53,390 nt of DNA from Selaginella moellendorffii (GCF_000143415.4 NW_003314313.1:1326490-1379879), one strand, 5' to 3'. Positions 25,384 to 39,414 are shown, counted from the stretch's first letter. Program-made: numbers and translations. The notes: generated by a model not told the origin, from the sequence alone.

Positions 25384-25497
25384 TCGGGACCGAGACCGAG
25401 CCGAGGCCGAGGCCGAGACCGAGCCCGAGCCCGAGTCCGAGTCCGAGTCCGAGTCCGAGTCCGAGTCCGAGTCCGAGTCCGAGTCCGAGTCCGGAGC
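24945..25497 (+). repeat. compound minisatellite (GAGATGGAGTCC)n-(GAGACC)n-(GAGTCC)n
   Basis: Directly visible. Confidence 0.95.
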
Positions 25498-25503
25498 CTG
25501 AGA

Positions 25504-25575
25504 GGGTGAAAGCCCAAAGCGTTTGTCTCCCAGACCCTGGGGGGTTTGGTGAGCTCCAAAAGTATAGTAAGGGGG
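25504..25575 (+). promoter_or_regulatory. Pol I promoter-like module in repeat H (copy a)
   Basis: GGGTGAAAGCCCAAAGCG...TCCAAAAGTATAGTAAGGGGG with the same 65-nt spacing as the rDNA promoter. Confidence 0.6.
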
Positions 25576-26094
25576 AGGACTGCAGTGGAGCCAGTTTGGC
25601 CAGGAAAGGCCAGTTTGGCCCAGGAAGGCCAGACCCAGTGTTGGGTGATGAGCTGACCAGTGGGAAGTCCAAGACTAGAGTGAACATGGACCGACAAGCG
25701 GGGTAGCTTGGTGAAGTGTTCAAGAGCCGGCTCTAGTTCCCCCGGGAGATCGACTGGCCGATGCTCCCAGTCCAAGTGTGGGTGGCACTACCTACTTGGA
25801 TACCTGGTGTGGCTCAACGGAACCCGCTCTAAGCCCATGGCTAGAGCACCTAAAGGCGAAAGGTGGGGAGAGTACCCAGGTGGCTCGCGTAAGGCCACGG
25901 TGTTCCGAAATGTTGTCCCAAAGGCCTAGACTGTGGAAAGGAAGAGGAGCAGTCCTCTGGGGTAGTGACCAAGGACACAGTCGTGTGGTGAGGAAGTCCC
26001 AGAGGACCATGGGACTTAGTGGTCGGGCCTGTGGGCCTCGATCCAGTGGCAGTGTTGGTAAACATGGCTAGGGGCAGAAAGGGACTTGGTAGGA

Positions 26095-29000
26095 TGTCGC
26101 GCATGTGACTTCGGGTATCGAAAGTTACCTATCGGCTAGTCCTTACGGACACTCTTACCTTACTGCCACGATGGCAGGAGGTCGGTATTGCTGGACCCGT
26201 TATCAGTTTCCACCTAAGCTAGTTGAGAAACTGGTCATCACATGTGCACTTAGACCGGAAGGGCACTAAGGAAGGAAATCCTAAGTTGTCATTTAGTCAA
26301 GCAGACTTGACACGGTGATGAGAAACTCATGATGTTGGCTTGCACTTGCTAGTGTTAGGAACCCCCGCGATATTGAGATTGGTCCCTCAATATTCGCTAG
26401 ATGATAGCTTACCGTGTCTGCCAAACACCCTCGCTATCATGCCCTTTGTGTTAGTCTCATTTTGGTCCCAAATGCTATTTATGGAAAGTGTCCAGATTTG
26501 CTCATTTGGCATATCTACGGAATGTAGAGATCGGCCTGAACACAATGGTGTTCGTCCCGTGACCAAATTCACAATCTAAGGACATTCCATATTTAGTAAG
26601 TTTTGAGTTTGTCCCAGAGACTAACTCCTGATACTAAGGGAGGCTTGGGGTGAAAGCCCAAAGCGTGTGTTCCTCAAGGGGGGGGGGGCTGTGGGGGGTT
26701 CCAAATGTATAGTAGGGATAGTGGGTAGGTCGGGCATGGCCGACCAACCTGAGGCATAGTCTAGCTCCCGCTTGCGTGCCTGTCCTTGTTCTGCGTCCGG
26801 CTTGGGTCTAAGCCCAAGTTCCATTCCATGCTAGCTGGTGGAGTACCCATATCCTCACGTTAGGCCACCGGTATGCCGAAATAGCGCCAGACTCCGTTTG
26901 GCTCCGTTTTGCGTGTTGGTCCTGGCATTGGTATGCTGGTTGCTCCAGGACTGTTCCAAGTCGCTCCGGGCTCTTGTCCCTTCGCTCCTTGGGCTATATG
27001 CTCAGGAGTTGCTCCGTGGTCCGGTTCCATCACTCCTTGGCGTCACGCTTGGGAGTTTGGCACCGTTCGTTCGTTCAGTGGCTCAAGGCCCTGAACCTTG
27101 GGTTCCTGTGGACACGTGGCATGGACACGTGGCATGTGACACATGGCATCTGTCACGTGGCACAAAGAGGGTTTAGGTTCCGCTTCGTGGTGTTATCCTA
27201 TGGTAAATCACCATAGGATAAAGGGTCAAAACCACGTGCGCTACATTTGGTATCAGAGAATACGTCTCAGCGATACTATCCAATGAGATTGGGCAACTAG
27301 TCTCATAGCATACGCAGAGATGAAAACGATGATCCGAGTGGGTACACGTTTGGGTGCAAAGGCTTCGCAATTGTTCCTTGGGTATGGTTTTGATTACCAT
27401 TTTGTACCGTATTATATAAGCTTGCTCTTGGGCTCATAAGAGGGTTTGCTATGAGTGGCAAATAGGCTGGTCCATAGCTGTTTAGCACGGCACTAGTGGA
27501 TCCTTCCTAGGCATGATTATAAGTGGATCAATCAAGACTATAAGGGATTAGTCTATTGGTTCAAATAGTCATGGCTGTGCTCTCTTATAAACTTTTCTTC
27601 GATTGAACTGAAGGCAGTGCGAAAGCAAGCTTGAGGTTTGGTCAAAGATGAGACCGAAAAGAGAGGCATCGGGGACGGAGGATCAAAAACGTAAATCATG
27701 TTCTCTTCTTGGAGAAATGATTTGCAACGAGGTGTGACTCATTGCTCGTGTTCACATTATGCAATCAAGAGTCCCTATCTTGATGCATGTTGGAGATGGT
27801 GGTCTTACAATGGTGAGTTGTGGGATGGATAGCGGTGAAACGTTAAACCATTTTGTCTAAAGCTTGCTATTGGAAGACTTGGGTTGCAATGCTCAATTCT
27901 TTTCTGGGGAACCTTACTATTGCTCCTTGAGTAGCTTGGTGTTGGATTAGTGTTGAGTTTGGTCAGAAAGAGAGTGGCATGAGCTTGTCCGTGTTGTGAA
28001 CAAAAGTTAGTGGTGTTGGGTGTCGTAAACCTCTATTGGTGGAGTGTGGCATTTATGTTGCATTTTGTCGAATCGAGTTGGCATTTGATATTCACATGAA
28101 CGTTTGAAGTAATGACATAAGCCTTGCTCATTGCGTTACTCAATTGATGATCAAGTCATTGTGATTTATATCATATCCATGTGATAATGAGCAATGTGTT
28201 TACAAAGTTGCTTGGGTAAATGATGATCAACCCCAAAGTGGTTGATGGAGAAGCTAGTCTACTTGCACGAAGTAGCATTGTAGTAGCCTTGACTGGATTC
28301 TCAATGGTGGTCCATTATGCTAAGCTTATGTTGGTACCTTGTTTCCTTGAGGGTTTGCCCATAAGGTGTTGGGAATGGGTTGTAGCATTCATTTGCTATA
28401 GCTCATCTATTGATCCGTTAGCACTTGGAATAAATTATTGGATGGAGAAGGTGTGTAGTTGGGGCATTGACATCACTAGCACTTGTGTTAATGGAAATGG
28501 CATTGTTATTTCAAGTGATGAGGAATTTTCCTTGGACCTTGATTTTTCATGTCATTTATCTTGTTAGTGTTTTGGCTTCACATTGGATCTTGAAGGTGAT
28601 TGAAGAAGAGTGTTAGTGCAATGTGGATATCCGAAGATGTGGTCTTAGTGATCAAGCCTTGGATGTTCATTTTGCAGTTTGCGGATGTCGGTGTTGGATA
28701 TCGGTTAGATGGGCAAAGATGTTCGATGCTTAAGCATATTTTTGGATCATGAGAATTTTTGTTGAGGTGAACCTATGTGGGGTTGTTAGTAGGAGGAAGT
28801 TGGTTGAGTCTTGAAAGTTTGCATTCCTGGACTGAGAGTTATTCTTTCCCTAGGATGGAAAATTTTCCATAAATTTTCTTAGACTTTTCCAATGGCTGAT
28901 CTATTGATCACTTTGCTCGAAAACCATTCCATTTTCGAAAGCCAGTACAAACTGTTGAAGGGGTTGGAGTTGGCTTCGGTTGGCTTAAACCTTAGTAGAT

Positions 29001-32000
29001 AGTTTGTATGATGCAGCCTGAAAGGGATGCTAACTTTTGGGGCTAAGGCAATTGAGTTGGATAGAGTCTGGAGTTGGTGTAGAAAAGTGGTTGTTGCACT
29101 TTTCTCAGAAAGGTGACCCTTGTACCTTTCTTTTGTAGCGTTATGCTTGGTGGCAGGTTGCACCTTGCATTACGTTAGACTCTATGAGAGTAGTGAGCTC
29201 TCACTGATCTTGACTTGGTCTTGGTGGCCCTGCGCCTTGGCTGAGGATGGTGATGTCCAACTTAGTTGTTTGCAAGCTGAGATGTTGGTACCCGTACTAT
29301 AGCTTTGTCTATGAGGAGGTTGTGTACCGATATGAGTCCATCTCATGGTCTTCACTTTAGTTTCGACTGAGTGTTGATCACATAGCTAGCCTCTTCAAGG
29401 CATGCTCAGAGCTATTGACTAAATGCATTGGTGAGCTTATTGCGGTTGAGTTGGATTCGAGTGGTCATTTAGTTTGTGCTTGTCCATGAACTTTTATCTC
29501 ATGTTTGAGGTATTATGTTTATGCTAGATAAGTATATAACTTGATGACAAGAGTTGGTGTTTGGGTCTTGTGAAGGCAAGTTGAGGGGTGATTGTTAGTT
29601 GCTTTGCGACTAGTGATTACTTGTAGACTTTGTCAAAAAGACTGTTGATACTTGCTTTGCTCGATGATGATTTAGCAGTGATGGGCTTGCTTTACTGGAT
29701 GGTGTTGCGGAGGATCGTGTCATTAGGCTGACATGGTTTTTCCATGGTGGCATGTCAATTCCTTTGTCGATATCATTTGGTTACATTTGGTCTATAGTGT
29801 TGGATTTCATTGAGTCTTGGATGTGGTGATTCACTCCTTGATGATGTGTTATCTGTCACTGAGTTTTGCTAACGGATTGGTCTCGGATACTAAGTATAGT
29901 ATCTTCGACTTTGGTTAGCTTGGTTGCTGGAAAGCTCCGAGTGGTGATTCACTCTTGCTTTCTTCTAGCTTTGTCCTGATGTTGATGGCATTGAAGTGAT
30001 GCTTTGTCGTTGACATTGTTGATATTGAGACTTGAGTGAAATGAGCTATCCTTCTAAGGATTGATATTGAGTTTCATTAGTCTTGATGAATATAGTGTTG
30101 ATGATTTGGCTATAGATTTATGTTGTTGGCATTCGTGCATTTGCTAGTTAGCAACTGTGTTGACGTTCAAACAAACTGAGTGGCAAGTTGAGTTAGTAGT
30201 GTTCTAGACGAGATTATTTAGTAGAGGATTGAGCTTTAGCTTTTCCTTGAAAGGTGATTTAGTCGTGGACAATGCTACCTCTATGAGAGGAAAAGTTAGT
30301 GATTGGCATTGAAGTGATTAAATCCTTCTTGGATTTCAATTGAGATATATCAATCATTAATGATTTTTCTTGTGCTTGTTATGAAGTGAGTTACGTCTTG
30401 CTATAGATGGATTCATGGAGGATCATTTAGTGATCACTTGTTGAGCATAGCTCCATTGTGCTTAGCTTTTGGATTGATGCAGAAATGCTCTTCATTAGCT
30501 TTGGCATTATGAAGTTTGGCTTATGAATGTGTTGAAGAAGACATTGTGGGTTGCACCATGATTTCTTCTTTAGCATTGAAGTTAGCTTCTATGAGACTCG
30601 TGATCATTATTAAGCAAGACTTAGCTATAGGCTTCTTCGAGCTTTGGTTCTTTGAGTTTTATGCTCATTGTTCCATTTGTTAAAAGTTGTTGGGGAAGGC
30701 ATTTTTTGGCTCTTTAGCTTTGATGTTGAAGTTAGTATTTGCATCTAGCAATCATTGGTGATGATTGACTATCATCTAGGATAATTGATTATCCATGTCA
30801 AAAAGTTTTGCTTGATTATTGTTGGTATAGAATGGTTTGCCGTTCTTCGGGATGGTGGATTCCTTCTTAAACGATGACTATGCATCTCTTTATTGATGGA
30901 ATGATTGATGATCTTTCATGATGGTTAGTTGTTCTCTTTGATAGCTTATGCCTTTTCGCAATACCACATATTCTTTGTGGTTTGCCTGGATTGGTCTCTT
31001 GGGTTTGAGACATCAGTAGGATGTTGCTAACACTTGCTTAGGCAACTTGAGTTCCTTGGTATTGTTGGCTGGGATCTATTCAAATTGGCTTTTGTGATAG
31101 TTAGCAGGCATGAGTGTTTGTTGGTCTTCCCACATTCATTCTCTTCTGTTGATTATTGCTCGAGTTAGTTTTGATAGATTTGGATGTTATTTCCTTTGGG
31201 TGATACATTCGTGAGCATTGTGCTTGTTAGTCAATGATACTTTGAGTTCTCTCTAGTAAGTTGTTGGCTTACTGTCTGCTATCTTCGGTAGTTAAGTTTT
31301 ATCATTGCATTTACTTGATGATATACTTGCTATTGAATTTTGTTGGATGGTGCATCCTATGTTTTCCAATGATAGTGATCTTGGTGGTTCCTATACTGTA
31401 ATACTAGTTTATCGGATGATAACTTACTTGGAATACTTTTGTGTTCTAATCTAAGCTTTATTCCCTGATAATTAAATCTCTAAACTATCATTGTCTATGA
31501 CTTTGATATTGTCCATCTATTGATCTTTGAGTTTGGGCCAGTAATGGGCAGACTGGCTTCGGCACTTCGTGTGCATGGTGAAATCTCTAGTCATGGGGTA
31601 GCTACTGTCGACTGGTCACATACCCGCCTCTTTGTCGATGTTCCTTATTCCGTTGAAAGGGTGTGACCGTGTAAACAACTCTAACTGCCTGTTTACAGTA
31701 GTCTATCTAAACCTTACCGACGGGTTTGGTTTCTTTGCTTAGGAGGGTAGGGGCCTCTGGCTTCTCTCTCTATGTTCCTGCGGGCAGGGCATATCACACT
31801 TTTGTAAGCTGGGTGACTCCCAGAGCAACAGGGGTGGCTGACTCCGTTGGTCATTTCCTTGTCGGCGACGGCCGGAAGGTGTCTGAGCTGGTAGCGCATC
31901 CGCGTTAGACAAAGAGGTTGCCCCCTAACTCATTTAAGTTGGTGCATTTCTCACATAGTGTGAGTACCGTGAACTTTTTATGGAGTTGTTTCCTTGGCGG

Positions 32001-33207
32001 TATTCTAGACTGGAGTATGCATCGACGAGGACGTCGATCTTCCCAAGGGGGGGAGAGTGTCGCGCATGTGACTTCGGGTATCGAAAGTTACCTATCGGCT
32101 AGTCCTTACGGACACTCTTACCTTACTGCCACGATGGCAGGAGGTCGGTATTGCTGGACCCGTTATCAGTTTCCACCTAAGCTAGTTGAGAAACTGGTCA
32201 TCACATGTGCACTTAGACCGGAAGGGCACTAAGGAAGGAAATCCTAAGTTGTCATTTAGTCAAGCAGACTTGACACGGTGATGAGAAACTCATGATGTTG
32301 GCTTGCACTTGCTAGTGTTAGGAACCCCCGCGATATTGAGATTGGTCCCTCAATATTCGCTAGATGATAGCTTACCGTGTCTGCCAAACACCCTCGCTAT
32401 CATGCCCTTTGTGTTAGTCTCATTTTGGTCCCAAATGCTATTTATGGAAAGTGTCCAGATTTGCTCATTTGGCATATCTACGGAATGTAGAGATCGGCCT
32501 GAACACAATGGTGTTCGTCCCGTGTCCAAATTCACAATCTAAGGACATTCCATATTTAGTAAGTTTTGAGTTTGTCCCAGAGACTAACTCCTGATACTAA
32601 GGGAGGCTTGGGGTGAAAGCCCAAAGCGTGTGTTCCTCAAGGGGGGGGGGCTGTGGGGGGTTCCAAATGTATAGTAGGGATAGTGGGTAGGTCGGGCATG
32701 GCCGACCAACCTGAGGCATAGTCTAGCTCCCGCTTGCGTGCCTGTCCTTGTTCTGCGTCCGGCTTGGGTCTAAGCCCAAGTTCCATTCCATGCTAGCTGG
32801 TGGAGTACCCATATCCTCACGTTAGGCCACCGGTATGCCGAAATAGCGCCAGACTCCGTTTGGCTCCGTTTTGCGTGCTGGTCCTGGCATTGGTATGCTG
32901 GTTGCTCCAGGACTGTTCCAAGTCGCTCCGGGCTCTTGTCCCTTCGCTCCTTGGGCTATATGCTCAGGAGTTGCTCTGTGGTCCGGTTCCATCACTCCTT
33001 GGCGTCACGCTTGGGAGTTTGGCACCGTTCGTTCGTTCAGTGGCTCAAGGCCCTGAACCTTGGGTTCCTGTGGACACGTGGCATGGACACGTGGCATGTG
33101 ACACATGGCATCTGTCACGTGGCACAAAGAGGGTTTAGGTTCCGCTTCGTGGTGTTATCCTATGGTAAATCACCATAGGATAAAGGGTCAAAACCACGTG
33201 CGCTACA
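26095..33207 (+). mobile_element. complete non-autonomous LTR retrotransposon E3 (LARD-type, 7113 bp)
   Basis: LTRs 26095-27245 and 32058-33207 near-identical; TSD TAGGA on both sides; PBS TGGTATCAGAG; PPT AAGGGGGGGAGAG; 4.8-kb interior without a long ORF. Confidence 0.95.
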
Positions 33208-34128
33208 TAGGAACTGACAAAGGGACTTTGGGGAAGGCGATTCCCCAGGTCTGTGGGCATCCTAAGGATGCTAAGGAGTGGATCTAGGATGACCACTCGT
33301 GAACAGATAGCCCAGTCTTGGAGAGACGGGATGGTGATGCAAGTGGTATTGGACCACTAGTGCAGCAAAGGTGAATGGGCATGGCCTTAGCGTAACGGGC
33401 CGAGATGTCAGTGGTACCTTTGGGTGTCGGTCTTCGGACCGGACACGTGGAGCACTTGGACCAGGTGCAAGTGTTGAGTGGCATGGATGCCATTCTTGGG
33501 GCTAGCAAGTCCCAAGTTCTGAATTGGACTAATGGAGGTTGTGAATGAGACTCCTCCAAATGGTCGGAGCTGTGGTTAAGTGTCGCGAATGTGACTTCGG
33601 GTATCGAAAGATACTTGTCGACCGGTCCTTACGGATACTCTTTCCTTACTGCCATGACGGCAGGAGATCGGTACAGTTGGATCCCTTTAGTAGCCCCTCT
33701 TGTGCTAGTGGAGTTAACTGGGCATTCCGAGTGTACTTAGACCGGACGAGCATAAGGACGGAATTCCTACGTGCTATTAGCTAAGCATACTTAGCCCGGT
33801 AAGGAGTTCCCGTCTCGTTATGTCTTGCACTGGCTAGTGACAAGAACCCTCGCGTATTGAGACTAGTCCCTCAATATCGCTGGATGATAGCTTACCGTGT
33901 CTGCCAAACACCCTCGCTATCACGCCCTTTGTGTTGGTCTCATTTCGGTCCCAAATGCTATTTATGGAAAGTGTCTAGATTAGCTTATTTGGCATATCTA
34001 CGGAATGTAGAGATCGGCCTGAACACAATGGTGTTTGTCGCGTGTCCAAATTCGCAATCTAAGGACATTCCATATTTAGTAAGTTTCGAGCTTGTCCCAG
34101 AGACTAACTCCTGGTACTAAGGGAGGCT

Positions 34129-34205
34129 TGGGGTGAAAGCCCAAAGCGTGTGTTCCTCAAGGGGGGGGGGCTATGGGGGGTTCCAAATGTATAGTAGGGA
34201 TAGTG
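34129..34205 (+). promoter_or_regulatory. rDNA-promoter-homologous module in the 5' LTR of the autonomous element (predicted +1 at 34196)
   Basis: 71/77 ungapped identity to 7290-7214; TATAGTAGGG at 34190-34199. Confidence 0.75.
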
Positions 34206-34671
34206 GTTGGATGCATGTCCGACCACCTGAGACATTAGTTTGGCTCCCGCTGGGCTGTGTCGCTCCTTGTTCTGCGTCCGGCTTGGGTCTAAGCCCAAGC
34301 TCCACGCTGCTCTAGTCAGTGGAGTACCCTCCTTCTCGCATTAGGCCACCGGTATGCCAAAATTGTGCCAGACTCCGTCTGACACCATTTTGCGTGCAGG
34401 TGCTGGATACGGGGAGTTGGTGCTCGTGGGATTGTACCGGACCCTCGTTTCGTAGTGCAACGGGCTTGGAGTTCGGCTCCAAATTCAGGTGCGCTACATT
34501 TGGTATCAGAGCACTTGTCTTAGCGATTTCTATCCAACTTTTGTCGGATTTTCTGACTCAAGTTGCATACGCAGAGACTTTTCTAGTAGATCCGAAGCGA
34601 CCTGTGTAGGATTAGTTGGATTGCACCATTCGGTAAGAACGTTGTATGCATGTTCAGTTACTGATAGAGGC

Positions 34672-37600
34672 ATGCATGCAGCTAGCAGGATGGTGAAGAG
34701 GAACCGTGCTGATGACGCCGAAACCTCTAGACGGGCGAATCGAGAGGAGGAAACTCCTGCTAGAGATGCTGCGGAAGGGGCTGAGGCCAAGTCAGAAGAG
34801 GAAGAGCTAGATGCTGTGGCATTGCAGCGTACGGCTCAGGAAGTTGAGATCGAGAATTTGCGAAGGGAGATTCGCAAATTGAAGAAGGAGAACAAGAAAA
34901 GGAAGAAAGAAGCTGAGGCAGCTAAACCAGCTAAGCCTAAGCAACCGGACTCCTCTTCAAGTTCTGAGGACGATGAAGTTCTGCAGCCGCCCCCGGTTGC
35001 ACGAGTTTCAAAGTTCAAGCCTCCGAAACCACCCAATTTCAGAGGCATGCGGGACTATCAGGTTTTGGAAGACTGGGTCTACGATATGGAGAACTACTTC
35101 ATAGCGGCAGACGTAGATGATCGTACGAAAGTTGCGTGCGCGCAATCCTTTCTCACCGATCATGCCAAAACTTGGTGGCGCCAGGTGTGTGCTGAAAAAG
35201 GGCAGACTAGAAGTTGGACCAAGATGCGGTCTCGTATCCGTAAGGAATACTTGCCGGATGATCTTGGTCTGAGACTTCGCGCAGAGCTGCGACGGTTAAA
35301 GCAGCGAGGGGACCTTATGCATTACGTTAATGCGTTTGCTCAGAAGCGCATTATGATTGCAAATATGAGTGACGAAGATGCTCGGAGTTATTTCCTGGAG
35401 GGTTTAAGTTCACTTTCTCGAAATGAGATTTTGAAGTTTAAGCCGAAGACGTACCTGGAGTGTAAGGAGGCAGCACAGCAAGTTGCCTTTAGTCACTCGC
35501 TCATAGAACAATATCAGCAATCGTATGCTGGTAATTCGGACAAGAATAAAAATTCTGGGAATAAGCTAGGTGATCGGAAACAAAGGGTGGAAAGTAGATA
35601 CCGCCCTGGGGGCTCACAAGCTACGGTGAATAAAGGTGGTGGTGGTTGGAGACCACCAGCAGCTTCTTCTAGTCCTAGGCCCTCTGTTCCTCCTCCTGGT
35701 GGGTACAAGCAGCAGCAACCTACAAAACCTGCTCCTAGCGGAACGGGTAGTGTGGGTCATTGCTTCCATTGTGGAGAGTCGGGACATAGGTCCTCGGAAT
35801 GTCCCAACAAGCATAAGACAAGGTCTCGGGTTAATGTCATGAGGGAAGACGGTGGTGGTGAAGCCGAAGGGGTTGACGAGTTGGTCAATGCAGACTATGA
35901 GGAAGAAGAGGTGAGTAACTTTCGTTGCTTTCCTCAAGCTTTTCTTGCAGTCAATGCAAACACTGATCCGTTAATGTATCTGGTAGGCTTTGTCCGTGGA
36001 CACCGAATCCGAGTGATGATTGACACGGGAGCTACGCACAGTGTGATATCCGAAGACTTAGTTAAGTTGTTAGGATTGAATGCTGAGCAAATGTCGCCTA
36101 TGCACTTCCGGTTTGCGGAAGGTGGGCAACTAGCCAGAAAGTTTGTGAGTGATGTTCCAATAAAGATATCCAAGTGGAAAGAAAGAGTGGACTTGGTAGT
36201 GTTGAAGATACCAGATTTTCAGATGGTGTTTGGTATGGATTTCTTCAACAAGTATATAAAAGGGATTTATGGTGCTGGACAAAGTCGTATCACATTGAAG
36301 TCAGAAGGACATCCTGATGTATCCTTTCAGTTGCAAAAGCGTTCCTCAAAGGATTGGGATGCAAAGTTCCTGACTGTGAGGGCCGCTCAAAAAGCAGCTA
36401 AAAGGGGATGTCAGACCTTTTGGGTTCAAGTGATGGAAGCTGAGGGTGTGGGTAACTCAGTACAAATCGGCGACGGGGTTGATCCTGTACCGAAAACGAT
36501 ATTGGAGTTGTTGGCGAGGAATCAGGATATCTTTCCGAAGGATTTACCGCCAGGGCTACCTCCTAGCCGTGAGGTTGATCATCGGATTGAGATTATTCCG
36601 GGTTCTAAACCACCTACGAAAGCTCCATATCGGTTGAACATCAAGGAGATGGCTGAACTCAAGAAGCAACTCACGGAGCTTCTTGACAAAGGTCATATCC
36701 GACCAAGCAAGTCACCTTATGGAGCGCCGGTCCTCTTCGTTATGAAAAAGGATGGAACCATGAGGATGTGTATTGACTATCGGGCACTCAATAAGATCAC
36801 GGTTAAAAACAGTTATCCTTTGCCTCGCATTGATGACTTGTTTGACCAACTCTTAAAGGCTAAGTATTTTACGCGACTTGATTTGCGGTCCGGATATCAT
36901 CAGATACGGGTGGCGGATCAGGATGTGGAGAAGACAGCCTTTAAGACTCGGTACGGATCTTATGAGTTCCTTGTCATGCCATTCGGGTTATGCAATGCTC
37001 CGGCAACGTTCAGCACTATGATGGATAGAATATTCGGAGATTATTTGGATGCATTTGTTGTCCTGTATATCGATGATGTTCTAGTCTTTAGTGAAACGTT
37101 GGAGGATCATTTGAAACACTTGGAGCTGGTGTTTCAGAAATTGCGCGAACACAAACTGTATGCGAAGGAAAGTAAATGCGCTTTTGGTCAATTGCGCGTA
37201 AACTTTCTCGGACATATAGTTGGTGCTGGCGTGATTGAGGTCGATCCAAAGAAGGTGGAAGCGGTGAAGTCCTGGGAAGTTCCGACCACTGTATCAGATG
37301 TTCGTTCCTTTCTCGGTTTGGCGGGATACTATCGCAAGTTTGTCCGCAATTTTGCAAGGATTGCTCTTCCGTTGACTGAGTTGACGAAGAGTAGTATTCC
37401 GTTTCATTGGACACCAGCTTGCCAGCGTGCTTTTGCACGGTTGAAGGAGATCTTGACTACGGTTCCTGTTCTCAGGATCCCAGATCTTGATAAACCCTTC
37501 GAAGTGCATTGTGATGCATCTGGCTATGCTATTGGTGCCGTGTTGCAGCAAGATTGTGACAAAGCGGTTGGTGTTACGCTAAGGCGACATGGTTGTCCCG

Positions 37601-39414
37601 TTGCGTTCTATTCCAAGAAATTGGATGAGACCCAACGAAGATGGCCAACGCATGAGAAAGAGATGTTTGCTATAGTGTCGGCCCTGGAACACTGGAGACA
37701 CTACTTGGGTGGACATACCAAGGTTTATACAGATAGTAACACACTAAGCTACTTTGCTACGCAGCCTAAGCTTACGCCGAAGCAGGCTCGTTGGCAAGAG
37801 AAGCTTGCTAGATATGATATTGAAATCATATATAAACCTGGTAAAGACAATATTGTTCCGGATGCGTTGAGTCGTCAAGCTCAGTTCCGGGCAATATCGG
37901 CAATCAGTTCAGACTGGTTGAAGGACGTTCGGGCTTCGTATGGAAGTGATCCATTGGCGAAGGCAATCTTATGCCGTGCGGGGTTGTTGAAGCAGAGCCC
38001 TGGTAGCGAAGCAGCAAAAGTTGCTAGTCGCACTAATGCGAAGCTTCACTTCTCAGTTCGGGATGGGCTTATATTCTATAAGCAAGAAAGATTGTATCTT
38101 CCCTCTAAGGATCTTCAGCAGTTATTTCTGCGGGAACATCACGATGTTCCAGCAGCGGGACATGGTGGACAGCGAAAGACTCTGGCTTCATTGAAAAAGG
38201 GATTTTTCTGGTCTGGTATGGAAGATGATGTAGCGGACTATGTCCGTTCCTGTCCTGTATGCCAGCAATGTAAGCGCAGAACTGAGAAACAGGCTGGAAA
38301 GTTGCAGTGCATTCCAGCACCGGCATGGCCATTTCAAAGTGTGACACTTGATTTCGTCACTTGCTTGCCGAAGTCTAAGGGTTATGATACTTTGATGGTG
38401 GTTGTGGATCGTTTGTCAAAGATTGCACACTTCATTCCAACTGTGGGAACAGTAAATGCGAAACAAGCAGCAAAGCTTTTTTTCCATGAAGTAGTGCGAG
38501 TTCGTGGTCTCCCTGAAGAAATGATCTCAGATAGAGATTCAAGGTTTACGGGGAAGTTTTGGGGGACCCTATTCCAGTTGTTTGGTACCAAGTTGAAGTT
38601 TAGTACAGCTTACCATCCTCAAACCGATGGGCAGACCGAACGCGTGAATGCTCAAGTTGAGGATTATCTGCGGTACTATGTCGCGGCGGACCAACGCGAC
38701 TGGGTTGAGCATTTGGATACGGCAGAAATTTGTTATAACAACACATTTCACAGCGCTATAGGCTGTTCTCCATGGGAGATGTTGCAAGGGAATGCTCGTG
38801 GGGTTCCTCAACAGATCGTTGTCCCAAAACCAATGACCGAGGTGTTGGTCCCAGCCGTGGAAACTTATGCGGAGCAGCTACGCCAAGGTTGGTCTAAAGC
38901 TACCGAGGCGATGGGCAAAGCTCAGGATAGGTATCGACGTGATAAGGATCAGTATCGTCGGGATGTATCCTATCAAGTGGGAGATCAGGTGTGGCTATCT
39001 TCCCGAAACTTGAACATTAAGGGTTCTTTGTCTCGGAAGCTCTTGCCGAGATATGTTGGACCCTATCGGGTGCTAAAACGCATTGGTGATGTATCCTATC
39101 GGTTGGATCTTCCTGCGGAGATGTCCAATGTTCATAATGTATTTCATGCCAATTTATTGGCTCCTTACACTATGGATGTTGCGCGTCAAGGGGAGATTCG
39201 TCCGCCCCCAGACGTTGTGGACGGTGAACCTGAATACGAAGTGGAAACTATCTTGGATTCCCGGTTCCGGAGACGGGCTCGTGTGAAGGAATATTTAGTT
39301 AAGTGGAAAGGTTACCCATCTTGTGAATCAACTTGGGAGCCTCTTAGTCATCTTACACATGCTCGTGAGCTTGTCACGGAGTATGAGACTCGTAATAAAG
39401 ATTCGCTTTTGTAA
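34672..39414 (+). CDS. Gag-Pol polyprotein: Gag, CCHC knuckle, aspartic protease, RT, RNase H, integrase, chromodomain
   Basis: Motifs [56 protein letters not shown]...[30 protein letters not shown]...YLVKWKGYP...TWEP. First ATG at 34672; alternative 34690 has better context. Confidence 0.97.
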   Translation: MHAASRMVKRNRADDAETSRRANREEETPARDAAEGAEAKSEEEELDAVALQRTAQEVEIENLRREIRKLKKENKKRKKEAEAAKPAKPKQPDSSSSSEDDEVLQPPPVARVSKFKPPKPPNFRGMRDYQVLEDWVYDMENYFIAADVDDRTKVACAQSFLTDHAKTWWRQVCAEKGQTRSWTKMRSRIRKEYLPDDLGLRLRAELRRLKQRGDLMHYVNAFAQKRIMIANMSDEDARSYFLEGLSSLSRNEILKFKPKTYLECKEAAQQVAFSHSLIEQYQQSYAGNSDKNKNSGNKLGDRKQRVESRYRPGGSQATVNKGGGGWRPPAASSSPRPSVPPPGGYKQQQPTKPAPSGTGSVGHCFHCGESGHRSSECPNKHKTRSRVNVMREDGGGEAEGVDELVNADYEEEEVSNFRCFPQAFLAVNANTDPLMYLVGFVRGHRIRVMIDTGATHSVISEDLVKLLGLNAEQMSPMHFRFAEGGQLARKFVSDVPIKISKWKERVDLVVLKIPDFQMVFGMDFFNKYIKGIYGAGQSRITLKSEGHPDVSFQLQKRSSKDWDAKFLTVRAAQKAAKRGCQTFWVQVMEAEGVGNSVQIGDGVDPVPKTILELLARNQDIFPKDLPPGLPPSREVDHRIEIIPGSKPPTKAPYRLNIKEMAELKKQLTELLDKGHIRPSKSPYGAPVLFVMKKDGTMRMCIDYRALNKITVKNSYPLPRIDDLFDQLLKAKYFTRLDLRSGYHQIRVADQDVEKTAFKTRYGSYEFLVMPFGLCNAPATFSTMMDRIFGDYLDAFVVLYIDDVLVFSETLEDHLKHLELVFQKLREHKLYAKESKCAFGQLRVNFLGHIVGAGVIEVDPKKVEAVKSWEVPTTVSDVRSFLGLAGYYRKFVRNFARIALPLTELTKSSIPFHWTPACQRAFARLKEILTTVPVLRIPDLDKPFEVHCDASGYAIGAVLQQDCDKAVGVTLRRHGCPVAFYSKKLDETQRRWPTHEKEMFAIVSALEHWRHYLGGHTKVYTDSNTLSYFATQPKLTPKQARWQEKLARYDIEIIYKPGKDNIVPDALSRQAQFRAISAISSDWLKDVRASYGSDPLAKAILCRAGLLKQSPGSEAAKVASRTNAKLHFSVRDGLIFYKQERLYLPSKDLQQLFLREHHDVPAAGHGGQRKTLASLKKGFFWSGMEDDVADYVRSCPVCQQCKRRTEKQAGKLQCIPAPAWPFQSVTLDFVTCLPKSKGYDTLMVVVDRLSKIAHFIPTVGTVNAKQAAKLFFHEVVRVRGLPEEMISDRDSRFTGKFWGTLFQLFGTKLKFSTAYHPQTDGQTERVNAQVEDYLRYYVAADQRDWVEHLDTAEICYNNTFHSAIGCSPWEMLQGNARGVPQQIVVPKPMTEVLVPAVETYAEQLRQGWSKATEAMGKAQDRYRRDKDQYRRDVSYQVGDQVWLSSRNLNIKGSLSRKLLPRYVGPYRVLKRIGDVSYRLDLPAEMSNVHNVFHANLLAPYTMDVARQGEIRPPPDVVDGEPEYEVETILDSRFRRRARVKEYLVKWKGYPSCESTWEPLSHLTHARELVTEYETRNKDSLL

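Larger units (their letters stand above)
22135..26094 (+). repeat. non-coding host repeat H, copy a (hairpin-rich, G/A-rich)
   Basis: 22135-23392 is near-identical to 33208-33580 plus 40950-41834; 23395-25727 is a diverged paralogue of 42395-45669; no credible ORF. Confidence 0.7.

Noticed and set aside
24648-25775. ORFs of 190-375 aa here and at 44797-45893 (SD-, ESEM- or RT-repeat proteins)
   Set aside because: Translations of hexamer and dodecamer arrays that are open in nearly all frames.
34489-34671. 5' extension of the gag-pol ORF in the ORF track
   Set aside because: Starts at a GTG inside the LTR and crosses the PBS; the first ATG is at 34672.
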